Origin: Candidatus Latescibacterota bacterium
GTDB lineage: Bacteria; Latescibacterota; UBA2968; UBA8231
Reading direction: 5' to 3'
DNA: 64,000 nt
Assembly (NCBI GenBank): GCA_965203175.1
Contig: OZ241867.1
Coordinates: 32,001-96,000 of the forward strand
A program made the position numbers and the translations under genes. Shown here one piece after another: positions 38,940 through 47,495 of the stretch. The number at the start of each line of letters is the position of its first letter. The first letter of the stretch is position 1. The notes beneath the pieces are model-generated. The model ran no database searches and was not told where the DNA came from. It worked only from the letters and a program-made list of their open reading frames with translations.

Positions 38940-41222
38940 CTAACCGCCGGCAGCCTGCGCGGCCCGATCCTCGTGCGCCTGCAACGCGGCGACAATGCGG
39001 TCTGGCTTCATGGGCAATTCCTGCGGCCGCACGCCAACGGCAGCCTCAATGGCCGCGGCGATGGCGGCGGGCGGCGGGGCGATGTTGGCCTCGCCAACGC
39101 CGCGTACGCCATAGGGATGGCCCGGGTTGGGAACCTCGACGATGATGGTCTCAATCATCGGCAGGTCGAGGCTGGTCGGGATCCGGTAGTCGAGAAAGCT
39201 GGAGTTGTCGAGGTGGCCGTCTCCACTGTAGAAGTACTCCTCGTTAAGAGCCCAACCAATGCCTTGCACCGAGCCGCCCTGCATCTGACCCTCGACGTAC
39301 GCCGGGTGAATCGCCCGGCCCGCGTCTTGGATGACCGTAAAGCGCAAAACATCCACCTTGCCAGTCTCGGGATCTACCTCGACATCAGCGATATTGGCCG
39401 CAAAGGAGCCGCCGACGCCCGAGTCTGGATCCACGGTGGCACGGCCAATGACCGGACCGCCGGTCTCTTCGAGTCGGCCAGCTAGTTCCTTAAAGGTCAT
39501 CGCGTTATCGCCGGAACGGAAGACGCCATCGTCAAACTCGACTTGGCTTACTTCGACCTCCCACAGTTGAGCCGCGCGCTCGCAGAGCTGGTCTCGCACG
39601 TCGAGGGCGGCCTTGTACGCAGCCCAGCCAGTGGCGTACGTCACGCGGCTGCCGCCGGTTACGTCCGTGTGGCCAATCGAGTCCGTGTCGGCCACTTGGG
39701 GTTTGACGTCTTCGGCCTGTAGGCCCAAAGTCTCGGCAAACTGCATGGCGACCGACGTGCGCGTACCGCCGATGTCGGTCGAACCCTCGACTAAGCTGAC
39801 TGTGCCGTCTGAATTGACGCTAGCCGTGCAGGAGGACTTGAGCCCGACGTTGAACCAATAGCCGACCGAGATGCCGCGCCCTCCATTGGGGCCAGCGGGC
39901 GCTGGACTCTGGTAGTGCTCTGAGTCGCGGATGGCTTCCAACACCTCCTTGCAGCCCATCTTTGGATACACCACGCCGTCAATGCGGCGGGTGCCGGTCG
40001 TCGCGGTGTTTTTGAGCCGGATCTCTAGCGGCTCCATCCCCAGTTCGGCGGCCAGCAAATCAACTACGTGCTCGGTGGCGAAGGCCACCTGCGTCGAACC
40101 TGGGGCGCGATACGCAAAACTCCGCGGCTTGTTGACCACTACGTCATAGCAGTCGATCCGGCCATCGGGTATGTCGTAACACGAAAACACGCACATGGCA
40201 GCCGCGCCGACCAAGCCACCGGGATACGCCCCGGATTCAAAGGCGATATAGGCGTCGGCGGCCACGATCTTGCCGCTTTTGTCAGCACCCATCTTAATCT
40301 TGACGTACGACCCAGGCGTCGGACCGGTGCTCTCAAAGACGGCTGGTCGGGTCATAACCAGCTTGACGGGCTGACCGCTCGCCTTGGAGAGCAGGGCGGC
40401 GACCGGCTCCAAGTAAACCGGAATTTTGCCGCCAAAGCCGCCGCCAATTTCCTGCGGCACGACCTTGATCCTGGAAATTGGCATGTCCAAGACCGCGCCG
40501 AGTTGGGCGCGTGCGGTGAACGAACCCTGGGTGCTGGTCCAGATCGTCAGTTGGCCATCGGCGTTCCAACTCGCCGTGGCGTTGTGTGGCTCAATGTACC
40601 CTTGATGAACAGTGGCGGTCTGAAACTCGCGTTCCACGACCACGTCGGCCTCGGCAAAGGCCTTTTCCGGGTCGCCGAGCCGGTGCTCGAAGTGGGTGGC
40701 GAGGTTGCTTTTGCGGCCGGTGTCTTCCCCAAACTCTTGGGTAGTCATGTCGTCGTGGAGTTGGGGCGCACCCTCCTGCATGGCCTCGCGCACATCGAGC
40801 ACGGCCTCTAGTTCCTCGTACTCGACCTCGATCAGGTCGAGGGCCTCTTCGGCAATGTGGACGCTAGTGGCGGCAACCGCGGCGACGGGATGCCCGCTGT
40901 ACAGGGCCTTATCCGTGGCCAGCACGTTGTCGCGCAGGTATTTGAGCCGGGCTGGACCTTCGCCGAGATCAACCATTTGGTCGCCGGCATCGGGCAGATC
41001 TGCGCCCGTGAGAACGGCCTTGACCCCAGGCAGGGCCGCAGCTTTAGACGTGTCTATGGACTTGATGCGCGCATGGGCGTAGGGCGAGCGCAGGACCTGT
41101 CCGTAGAGCAAGCCGGCCAACCGGGTGTCAGCGCCGTAAATGGCGCGCCCAGTGACCTTGTCAACGCCGTCGTGGCGGATGGGGCGGGTGCCGATGACTT
41201 TGTAGCCGTTGTTGGCAGGCAT
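38940..41222 (-). CDS. Xanthine dehydrogenase family molybdopterin-binding (large) subunit
   Basis: KVTGRAIY, RSPYAHA, GGGFGGK, AYRAPG, GGSR, EGQMQGG, GVGE. Confidence 0.95.
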   Translation of the reverse strand: MPANNGYKVIGTRPIRHDGVDKVTGRAIYGADTRLAGLLYGQVLRSPYAHARIKSIDTSKAAALPGVKAVLTGADLPDAGDQMVDLGEGPARLKYLRDNVLATDKALYSGHPVAAVAATSVHIAEEALDLIEVEYEELEAVLDVREAMQEGAPQLHDDMTTQEFGEDTGRKSNLATHFEHRLGDPEKAFAEADVVVEREFQTATVHQGYIEPHNATASWNADGQLTIWTSTQGSFTARAQLGAVLDMPISRIKVVPQEIGGGFGGKIPVYLEPVAALLSKASGQPVKLVMTRPAVFESTGPTPGSYVKIKMGADKSGKIVAADAYIAFESGAYPGGLVGAAAMCVFSCYDIPDGRIDCYDVVVNKPRSFAYRAPGSTQVAFATEHVVDLLAAELGMEPLEIRLKNTATTGTRRIDGVVYPKMGCKEVLEAIRDSEHYQSPAPAGPNGGRGISVGYWFNVGLKSSCTASVNSDGTVSLVEGSTDIGGTRTSVAMQFAETLGLQAEDVKPQVADTDSIGHTDVTGGSRVTYATGWAAYKAALDVRDQLCERAAQLWEVEVSQVEFDDGVFRSGDNAMTFKELAGRLEETGGPVIGRATVDPDSGVGGSFAANIADVEVDPETGKVDVLRFTVIQDAGRAIHPAYVEGQMQGGSVQGIGWALNEEYFYSGDGHLDNSSFLDYRIPTSLDLPMIETIIVEVPNPGHPYGVRGVGEANIAPPPAAIAAAIEAAVGVRPQELPMKPDRIVAALQAHEDRAAQAAGG

Positions 41223-41242
41223 GGCGTTCCTCCTCGTTAGGT

Positions 41243-41722
41243 TCAGGCGCTTTGGCGCACTTCCTCAGCGGCGTCGAGGACAGCGCGAATGATCTTGTCG
41301 TAGCCCGTGCAGCGGCACAAGTTGCCGGCCAACCAGTGCCGCACTTCGTGCTCGGAAGGGTTGGGGTTGTGGTCGAGTAGGGCTTTGGAAGCCACCAAAA
41401 ATCCCGGGGTGCAGATGCCGCATTGCAGCGCGGCGTGTTCGAGGAACTTCTGCTGCACCGGGTGCAGGCTATCCGGGCTAGCAATACCCTCGACCGTGCC
41501 GATCTCCTTGCCCTCGGCCTCGACGGCCAGCATCAAACAAGAATCGACGAGGACGCCGTCAACGGCGATGGAGCACGCGCCGCAGTTGCCGTCGTTGCAG
41601 CCTTCCTTGGTACCGGTGAAGCCGAGCGTCTCGCGCAATACTTCGAGCAGGCTTTGGCGCGGCTCGCAGAGAAATTCGGTCGACTCCCCGTTGATCGTGG
41701 TCTGGACGTGTATTTTGCTCAT
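41243..41722 (-). CDS. Xanthine dehydrogenase family (2Fe-2S) small subunit
   Basis: GCNDGNCGAC, QCGICTPG, NLCRCTGY. Confidence 0.96.
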   Translation of the reverse strand: MSKIHVQTTINGESTEFLCEPRQSLLEVLRETLGFTGTKEGCNDGNCGACSIAVDGVLVDSCLMLAVEAEGKEIGTVEGIASPDSLHPVQQKFLEHAALQCGICTPGFLVASKALLDHNPNPSEHEVRHWLAGNLCRCTGYDKIIRAVLDAAEEVRQSA

Positions 41723-41767
41723 GTACCTTAACTCCGAATTTGGGCCGCTTGTTGCGGCTAGTGAGAC

Positions 41768-41830
41768 GTTTCTCTCGCCGACCGAATGGTCGGTGCAGAA
41801 TGTTTCCCGCCGACCGAACTGGTCGGTGCA
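41768..41830. repeat. Two tandem REP-like palindromic units in an intercistronic gap
   Basis: CGCCGACC-gaat-GGTCGGTG and CGCCGACC-gaact-GGTCGGTG, each preceded by GTTTC. Confidence 0.7.
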
Positions 41831-41851
41831 ACTTCTAATACCTTCTATCCG

Positions 41852-42760
41852 CTATCCGGCCGCTTCCTGAACGGCGTTGGCGACGAACTGGCCACGAGCC
41901 CGTGCGATAGCACCCGCGAGGGTGCGCTTGACCAGCACTCCGACGAGGTGGGTGCGGAACTCGGCTGGGCCGCGCATATCGGAAATCGGGCGAGCCGCAC
42001 TCTGGGCCGCGGCCGCCGCGGCGGCGATGGCCTCGTCTGAAACGGCTTGGCCCGCTAGGCTGTCGCCGGACTCGCGGGCGAAAATCGGCGTGGGGCCGAC
42101 CGCGGCGAGCGCAATGCGCGCGGCCTTAAACTCCTTGCCGCGATTGGCCAAGGTGACATGGGAGGACACTCCGACGACGGCGATGTCCATCTCGTTGCGC
42201 GGAATGAAGCGCTGGTAGTGCGAGCCCGTGTTCTTCCTGGCAATCGGAATCTGGAGAGAAACCAAAATCTCCCCAGGCGCGAGCACACTGCGGCCCGGGG
42301 CAGTGCAAAAATCCTCTACCGCGACTTGGCGCTTGCCGTCCGGCCCGGCGATGTGGCACACGGCCGAGTGGGTAATCAGGCTGGGGATCGTGTCCGCGCT
42401 GGGAGAGGCGTTGCACAAATTGCCGCCAAAGGTGGCGCGGCCCTGTATTTGGATGCCGCCGATAATGGCAGCCGAATCGATGAGCCCAGGGTATCGCTCG
42501 ACGATTCCGGGGTCATTGTACATGCGCCAGCAAGACACGCCCGCGCCGATGACCAATCCCCGGCGGGGGCCGTAGGAAAGCTCGTTGGCTTCGGGGACGT
42601 TCTTGATGTCGATGATGCAGTCGGGCGCAAAACGATTCCCGCGCAATTGGACGATCAAGTCAGTGCCGCCAGCGAGGACGCGGGCGGCTTCGCCCTTCTC
42701 GGCCTTGAGGGCCACGGCCTCGCGCAACGTGCTGGGGGCGCAATAGGCAAAATCTTTCAA
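41852..42760 (-). CDS. Xanthine dehydrogenase family FAD-binding (medium) subunit
   Basis: LAGGTDL, ATFGGNLCNASPSAD, PISDMRG; TTG start after AGGAGG. Confidence 0.95.
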   Translation of the reverse strand: MKDFAYCAPSTLREAVALKAEKGEAARVLAGGTDLIVQLRGNRFAPDCIIDIKNVPEANELSYGPRRGLVIGAGVSCWRMYNDPGIVERYPGLIDSAAIIGGIQIQGRATFGGNLCNASPSADTIPSLITHSAVCHIAGPDGKRQVAVEDFCTAPGRSVLAPGEILVSLQIPIARKNTGSHYQRFIPRNEMDIAVVGVSSHVTLANRGKEFKAARIALAAVGPTPIFARESGDSLAGQAVSDEAIAAAAAAAQSAARPISDMRGPAEFRTHLVGVLVKRTLAGAIARARGQFVANAVQEAAG

Positions 42761-42932
42761 GGAAAAACCTCCTTGCTTGTAAGTAGTGATCGCTGCGTTC
42801 GCGCCTAATTATGGAACGCCCCACCCCCGCTGTCAAGAGCGGCAAAAGAGGCCGAACATCTGGATTTTTCTGGAAAAAACCCTCGGCGCAAGGTGCTCTA
42901 ATCCGCAGGCGACTGCGCCGACGGGATGCGTT

Positions 42933-44753
42933 CTAAGGCAGCTTCATCATCTTCTTGGTTTCCACGCGCCCATCCACCTCGACCCGATAGAGATACACCC
43001 CAGCCGCCACATCCCTGCCCATCTCGTCGCGGCCATTCCAAGTAAAACGATGCGTACCCACCGGTAGTGCCCCCTGCCACACCTGCCGCACCCGACGACC
43101 CAACACGTCGTACACCGTCAGCGACACCCCCGCCGCATCCGTCGTCAAATCGAGAGGAATCACCACAGCCGGATTAAACGGATTGGGATAGCTGTCGCCC
43201 AGCCGATACTGCGTCGGCACAGCAATCGCCGCCGTCAGCACCGCCGTCGGCTGCCCTCCTCCCGAATTCTTGAGTACATGCACGCCGCCCAAGGCCGAAT
43301 CCAACACCACCAAGTCCAAGTCTCCATCGTCATCCACATCGCCAGTCAGCACCTCGATCCCATCGCCAGCCAAACGATGCGTCTCCTCTTCTTGGGTCGG
43401 ATTCAAACCCCCACCCCACTCGACAAACACCCCAAAGCCCGATGCCCGATTGCCGCCGACAAACACCCAATCCTCTACTCCATCGGCATTCAAATCGCGC
43501 ACCACCACCCACGAGCGCAGAAACAAATGCTCATCATACAGTACCTCCAGCACCTCTCCGGATAGCCCCCCTTCTGGAGACAGCCTTTTTACAACGAGTC
43601 CCATGTTTCCTTCAAAAGAATTGCGTTGGAGTTCCACGGGTATCTCCTGCTGTCCATCGCCATCAAAATCCCCTCTCATAGAATCAAACCTGCTGTAGTA
43701 CAAATCCCATAGCGCTTCGCGGTCGTCCGAACTTATGGTGAGTACCTCTTCCTGGAGATCCGCCCCGATAGACCAAACTTCTATTTCGCTGCTCCATGTA
43801 AAAATCGCAATCTCGTCTTGGCCATCGCCATCCACATCGCGGGCGAGTATATGCATAAACCCTCCCCTGTCTTGGGTATCCCCGATGCGCACGCTTTCAA
43901 AGGCCCCGCTACCATCATTGAGGGCCATGACCCAGCCCCGAACGCGATCCCCTTCATAAAGGGTATAATGAATAGAGAAAAGGTCTAAGTCGCCATCGCC
44001 ATCTAAGTCGGTCAAGACGCCACTCCCCAATGGATATCCTAAACCCGGTGCAATCGGATAGAACACCGGCGGCGCAAAAAGACCGGGATCATCAAAGTGA
44101 AAATACTCTACATGAGGCCGGGCTAATTCGCCCTGCGAGCGCTCTTCAGGGCCGGTCAATTCGATCCAGTCGATCTCAAAATGCCCGACCAACTCATCCA
44201 CCGACCGGGGTTCCTCCGCTTCGTTTCGATCCAAGCTAAAACGCAGCCGAATATCCCGTAAAAGCCCCGCCCACACGATCTCATCTTGGCCGGAGAGGGC
44301 AAACTCTACTTCCTGCCATTCGGTCGTGTAAACGAGGTCTATGGAGGGGATCGCAAACCGGCTTTCTGGCGGCTCTGGATCGCGTCCTGGTGTCGCGAGG
44401 TTGAGCTCGTTGGTCCAAGCAAGCCGCACGCGCCCTACCGTGGGGCGATCATGCACGGTACGGAATCGGACCCGCACCCGATCAAACAGGTGCGAATCGT
44501 AGCCGATGAGATAAGAAATCAAGGTCGCATCTGGAGAAGGATTCCTTTTGTCCACCATCGAGGGCGAGACATCGATCCTCCACACGCCGTCTTCGACCTC
44601 CCCTGGAAACAGATAAAATTCATTTGGACCACCCCACTCAAACGCTCTTTTGGCGGACCACCCTTGCGTCGTCCCGTCGTCGAAATCCCACTTGACCGCC
44701 TCGGCGAGGCTACTCCATAACAATAAGCATCCAACAACGGCGAGCTTTAACAT
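42933..44753 (-). CDS. Secreted FG-GAP/VCBS repeat protein with T9SS type A/FlgD-like C-terminal domain
   Basis: Start MLKLAVV after GGAGG; signal peptide; DxDGDGDxD repeats; YPNPFNP...VYDVLGRRVR...WNGRD...GVYLY. Confidence 0.85.
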   Translation of the reverse strand: MLKLAVVGCLLLWSSLAEAVKWDFDDGTTQGWSAKRAFEWGGPNEFYLFPGEVEDGVWRIDVSPSMVDKRNPSPDATLISYLIGYDSHLFDRVRVRFRTVHDRPTVGRVRLAWTNELNLATPGRDPEPPESRFAIPSIDLVYTTEWQEVEFALSGQDEIVWAGLLRDIRLRFSLDRNEAEEPRSVDELVGHFEIDWIELTGPEERSQGELARPHVEYFHFDDPGLFAPPVFYPIAPGLGYPLGSGVLTDLDGDGDLDLFSIHYTLYEGDRVRGWVMALNDGSGAFESVRIGDTQDRGGFMHILARDVDGDGQDEIAIFTWSSEIEVWSIGADLQEEVLTISSDDREALWDLYYSRFDSMRGDFDGDGQQEIPVELQRNSFEGNMGLVVKRLSPEGGLSGEVLEVLYDEHLFLRSWVVVRDLNADGVEDWVFVGGNRASGFGVFVEWGGGLNPTQEEETHRLAGDGIEVLTGDVDDDGDLDLVVLDSALGGVHVLKNSGGGQPTAVLTAAIAVPTQYRLGDSYPNPFNPAVVIPLDLTTDAAGVSLTVYDVLGRRVRQVWQGALPVGTHRFTWNGRDEMGRDVAAGVYLYRVEVDGRVETKKMMKLP

Positions 44754-44859
44754 GACAGCACCTCCATAGAAATTTCCACAAGACAGCGTATCGAAAAGAT
44801 GCCAGATTCCATCGAGTACTAACATATAGTCGGCGACAGACCGTATCAACAACTTCTCA

Positions 44860-45735
44860 TCAATCGCTCCCTCCCCCCGCTTCCAAGCTCCAATAGACCG
44901 TTTCGATCCAGCGCTGCGCTGGCACGAAAGACCACTCCCATGACGCCCATTGAGGGTCGAGTCCCTCGGCGCTGATCTGGTCGAGCGACATGCCCGCACT
45001 CCGACGCGTGCGCACGCTATCCGTAGTCTCCACCAACATGCGGTGGTAAGCCTTTAAATCGTCGAGCGTGGCGACCGGACCGTGGCCGGGGATGATTTTC
45101 GCGTCCGCGGAAAGCTGGCCGATGAGTGTGGCAATGTGTTGCGTCAGGGTCTCGACGTCGCCGCCGTACTCTAGATCGACGAAGGGGAAGATGCCGTTGA
45201 AGAACAGGTCTCCGAGATGGGCGATCTGGGCGTTGACAAAGAATACGGCGATGTCCCCATCAGTATGGGCGCGGGGAAAGTGAACGGCGCGGATTTGCTC
45301 ACCGTTGAAGAACACAGACGCCGACTGCTCAAACGCAATCTCTGGCAAGGCAACTGCTGGCTCAGGCTCAATGTGCCGCTTGCCAAATTCACCGCCTGTC
45401 GCCAAGCGTTTGCGGACGTTGACGTGGGCCAAAATCGTCGCGTGCTGGCCAAAGGCACGGTTGCCGCCGATGTGATCGCCGTGGAAATGCGTGTTGAAGA
45501 TGTACTCGGGCTGGCCGTCAAAACGGGCTAGCGCGGCGCGCACCGCATCGGTCTGCGACGCCAATTTATCATCCACCAAAAGAATGCCGTCATCGCCGAC
45601 GCAAACCCCGACATTGCCGCCACCGCCTTGCAACACGTACACCGCGTCACTGAGCTGGTGAAGCGAAAGCTCGGCGGTCGCTGGGCTAGCAGCTAACAGT
45701 GCCGCGATTAATGGACAAACATTTAAGAAGCGCAT
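44860..45735 (-). CDS. Secreted metallo-beta-lactamase-fold hydrolase (cyclase-like)
   Basis: Signal peptide, NTHFHGDHIGGN, AHTDGD, GDL, IPGHG. Confidence 0.9.
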   Translation of the reverse strand: MRFLNVCPLIAALLAASPATAELSLHQLSDAVYVLQGGGGNVGVCVGDDGILLVDDKLASQTDAVRAALARFDGQPEYIFNTHFHGDHIGGNRAFGQHATILAHVNVRKRLATGGEFGKRHIEPEPAVALPEIAFEQSASVFFNGEQIRAVHFPRAHTDGDIAVFFVNAQIAHLGDLFFNGIFPFVDLEYGGDVETLTQHIATLIGQLSADAKIIPGHGPVATLDDLKAYHRMLVETTDSVRTRRSAGMSLDQISAEGLDPQWASWEWSFVPAQRWIETVYWSLEAGGGSD

Positions 45736-45778
45736 GTTTCTCTATCCCTGTGGTTAGGTCCTGTGTAAATGAAACCAA

Positions 45779-47398
45779 TCACTGATCGCTATTTCTCTCT
45801 TCTATCGTTACGTACCGATTGACCGGCAAGTCGGTAAAAATTTCGCGGTGTTGATCGGGCCAGCGCACTTCGAGCGTATCGACCAACTTGACGCGCCCCA
45901 GCCCGAAGTGGAGGCGACGGTCCTCGCTGGAGAGGAAGCTGCTGCCGCAGATGAGGTCGCGGATCTGCGTCCGCTTGCCAGCGACGAGTCGCGCTCGGGC
46001 GCCAATGCCATCGCGGTTGCCGCGCGTACCAACCAAGCGCAGGCCCAGCCAATTCTGCTGGTTGCCCACATCATTTCGCAACAGCGAGGGCTGATCGTCG
46101 AGATTGGCAACGAAAACGTCCAAGTCCCCATCGTTGTCAAAGTCGAGCACGTTGGCTCCTCGGCTGACGCGAGGCACCTCGGAGCCGAGCGCGACCTGCG
46201 TAAACGTTCCGTTGCCAACATTGGCAAAGAGATGATTGGGCTGGGCGTACGCACTGCCGCTGCCGGCGCGGTCGATCTGCGGATACACGTGGCCATTGGC
46301 CACCAACAGATCGAGATCTCCATCGTGGTCATAGTCGAAAAAACCCGTACCAAAGCCCACGTGTGCCCATCCCACGCGCGCTAAGGCAGCTTCCGCACTG
46401 ACATCCGCAAAGATGCCATCGCCCTCGTTGCGATAGAGGGTGTTGTACTCGTCTGCAAAATGCGTGGCGAGCAAATCGGGGCGACCGTCGCTGTCGTAAT
46501 CGCCCCAAGCTACCCCCATGCTCGCTTGGATTTGTCCGCCGCGGCCATAGGCCAAGCGGGCTGGAAGAGAGCGGTCAGTAAAGCGGCCATCGCCGCGATT
46601 GCGATAAAAAAAGTTCGGGCTGGAGTCATTGGCCACGAATAAGTCGGGCCAGCCGTCGTCATCCGCGTCCGCAAACAGGACGCCCAACCCGTAGCCCGGG
46701 GAAGGGTGGTTGAGGAGCGCCCAAGCAGTGATGTCGGCAAACTCGGTGCCGTCGTTGCGATAAAACACATCCGCAGCCCCCACCAATCCCCTCGGGCCGA
46801 CGAAGACCTCCACCCCCTTCCATTGAGCACCCAAGCGTTCTACCTCAGTCGAATCGAATACCGCATAGCTCGCCACGTACAGGTCGAGATCGCCGTCGCG
46901 GTCGTAGTCGGCCCAAGCCGCGCCCGTGCTCCAATGGGGCGTGGCCACGCCAGCCGCTGCGGCCACATCGACAAAGCGATCGCCGTCGTTGCGGAAAAGC
47001 AGATTCTCCCGCAACTGGGTCGCGTACAGGTCTTGGTCCCCATCGTTGTCAAAATCTGCGCTAGTCGCGCCCATGCCCCAACCAAGGCCCGCGACCCCAA
47101 ACGCCTCGCCCACATCAACAAAGCCGGTCGAGCCGTCGTTGCGGAAAAGCGCGTGGCCGCCGCCTTTGCCATTGACCCAGTAGAGATCCTGATCGCCGTC
47201 GCGGTCAAAATCGAGCGCGGCCGTGCCGCCGCCTTTGGCCTCGGGGATATAGCCCTTTGCCAAGCTGCCGCTCGTGTGGACGCGGGTCAGGCCGAGTTGG
47301 ACGGCCACATCGACGAAGGGCGCAAGCGGCTCGGCGGCAGCACAGCACGCCCACAGGACGCAGAGGCCGCCGGTTATATTTGCGGAAAATGCAGACAC
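45779..47398 (-). CDS. CRTAC1 family protein (FG-GAP repeats plus ASPIC/UnbV)
   Basis: Multiple DFDxDGDxD repeats, C-terminal NRDGIGA...LHFGLG...VRWP. Confidence 0.92.
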   Translation of the reverse strand: MSAFSANITGGLCVLWACCAAAEPLAPFVDVAVQLGLTRVHTSGSLAKGYIPEAKGGGTAALDFDRDGDQDLYWVNGKGGGHALFRNDGSTGFVDVGEAFGVAGLGWGMGATSADFDNDGDQDLYATQLRENLLFRNDGDRFVDVAAAAGVATPHWSTGAAWADYDRDGDLDLYVASYAVFDSTEVERLGAQWKGVEVFVGPRGLVGAADVFYRNDGTEFADITAWALLNHPSPGYGLGVLFADADDDGWPDLFVANDSSPNFFYRNRGDGRFTDRSLPARLAYGRGGQIQASMGVAWGDYDSDGRPDLLATHFADEYNTLYRNEGDGIFADVSAEAALARVGWAHVGFGTGFFDYDHDGDLDLLVANGHVYPQIDRAGSGSAYAQPNHLFANVGNGTFTQVALGSEVPRVSRGANVLDFDNDGDLDVFVANLDDQPSLLRNDVGNQQNWLGLRLVGTRGNRDGIGARARLVAGKRTQIRDLICGSSFLSSEDRRLHFGLGRVKLVDTLEVRWPDQHREIFTDLPVNRYVTIEERNSDQ

Positions 47399-47495
47399 TA
47401 GAAGCTATCTCAGTCGCTAGCATTTAGGTGCAGAGGCACCTCTTGTAACAGTCGATAGGGTATCGGACGGCTACAAGGCATATAAGGATAGCTGC

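Noticed and set aside
38940-42760. coxMSL aerobic CO dehydrogenase
   Set aside because: Active-site loop is AYRAPG, not the form I or form II CODH motif; no cox accessory genes.
44860-45735. Antibiotic-resistance metallo-beta-lactamase
   Set aside because: Motifs fit the broad cyclase/glyoxalase-II-like MBL group; nothing specific for class B beta-lactamases.
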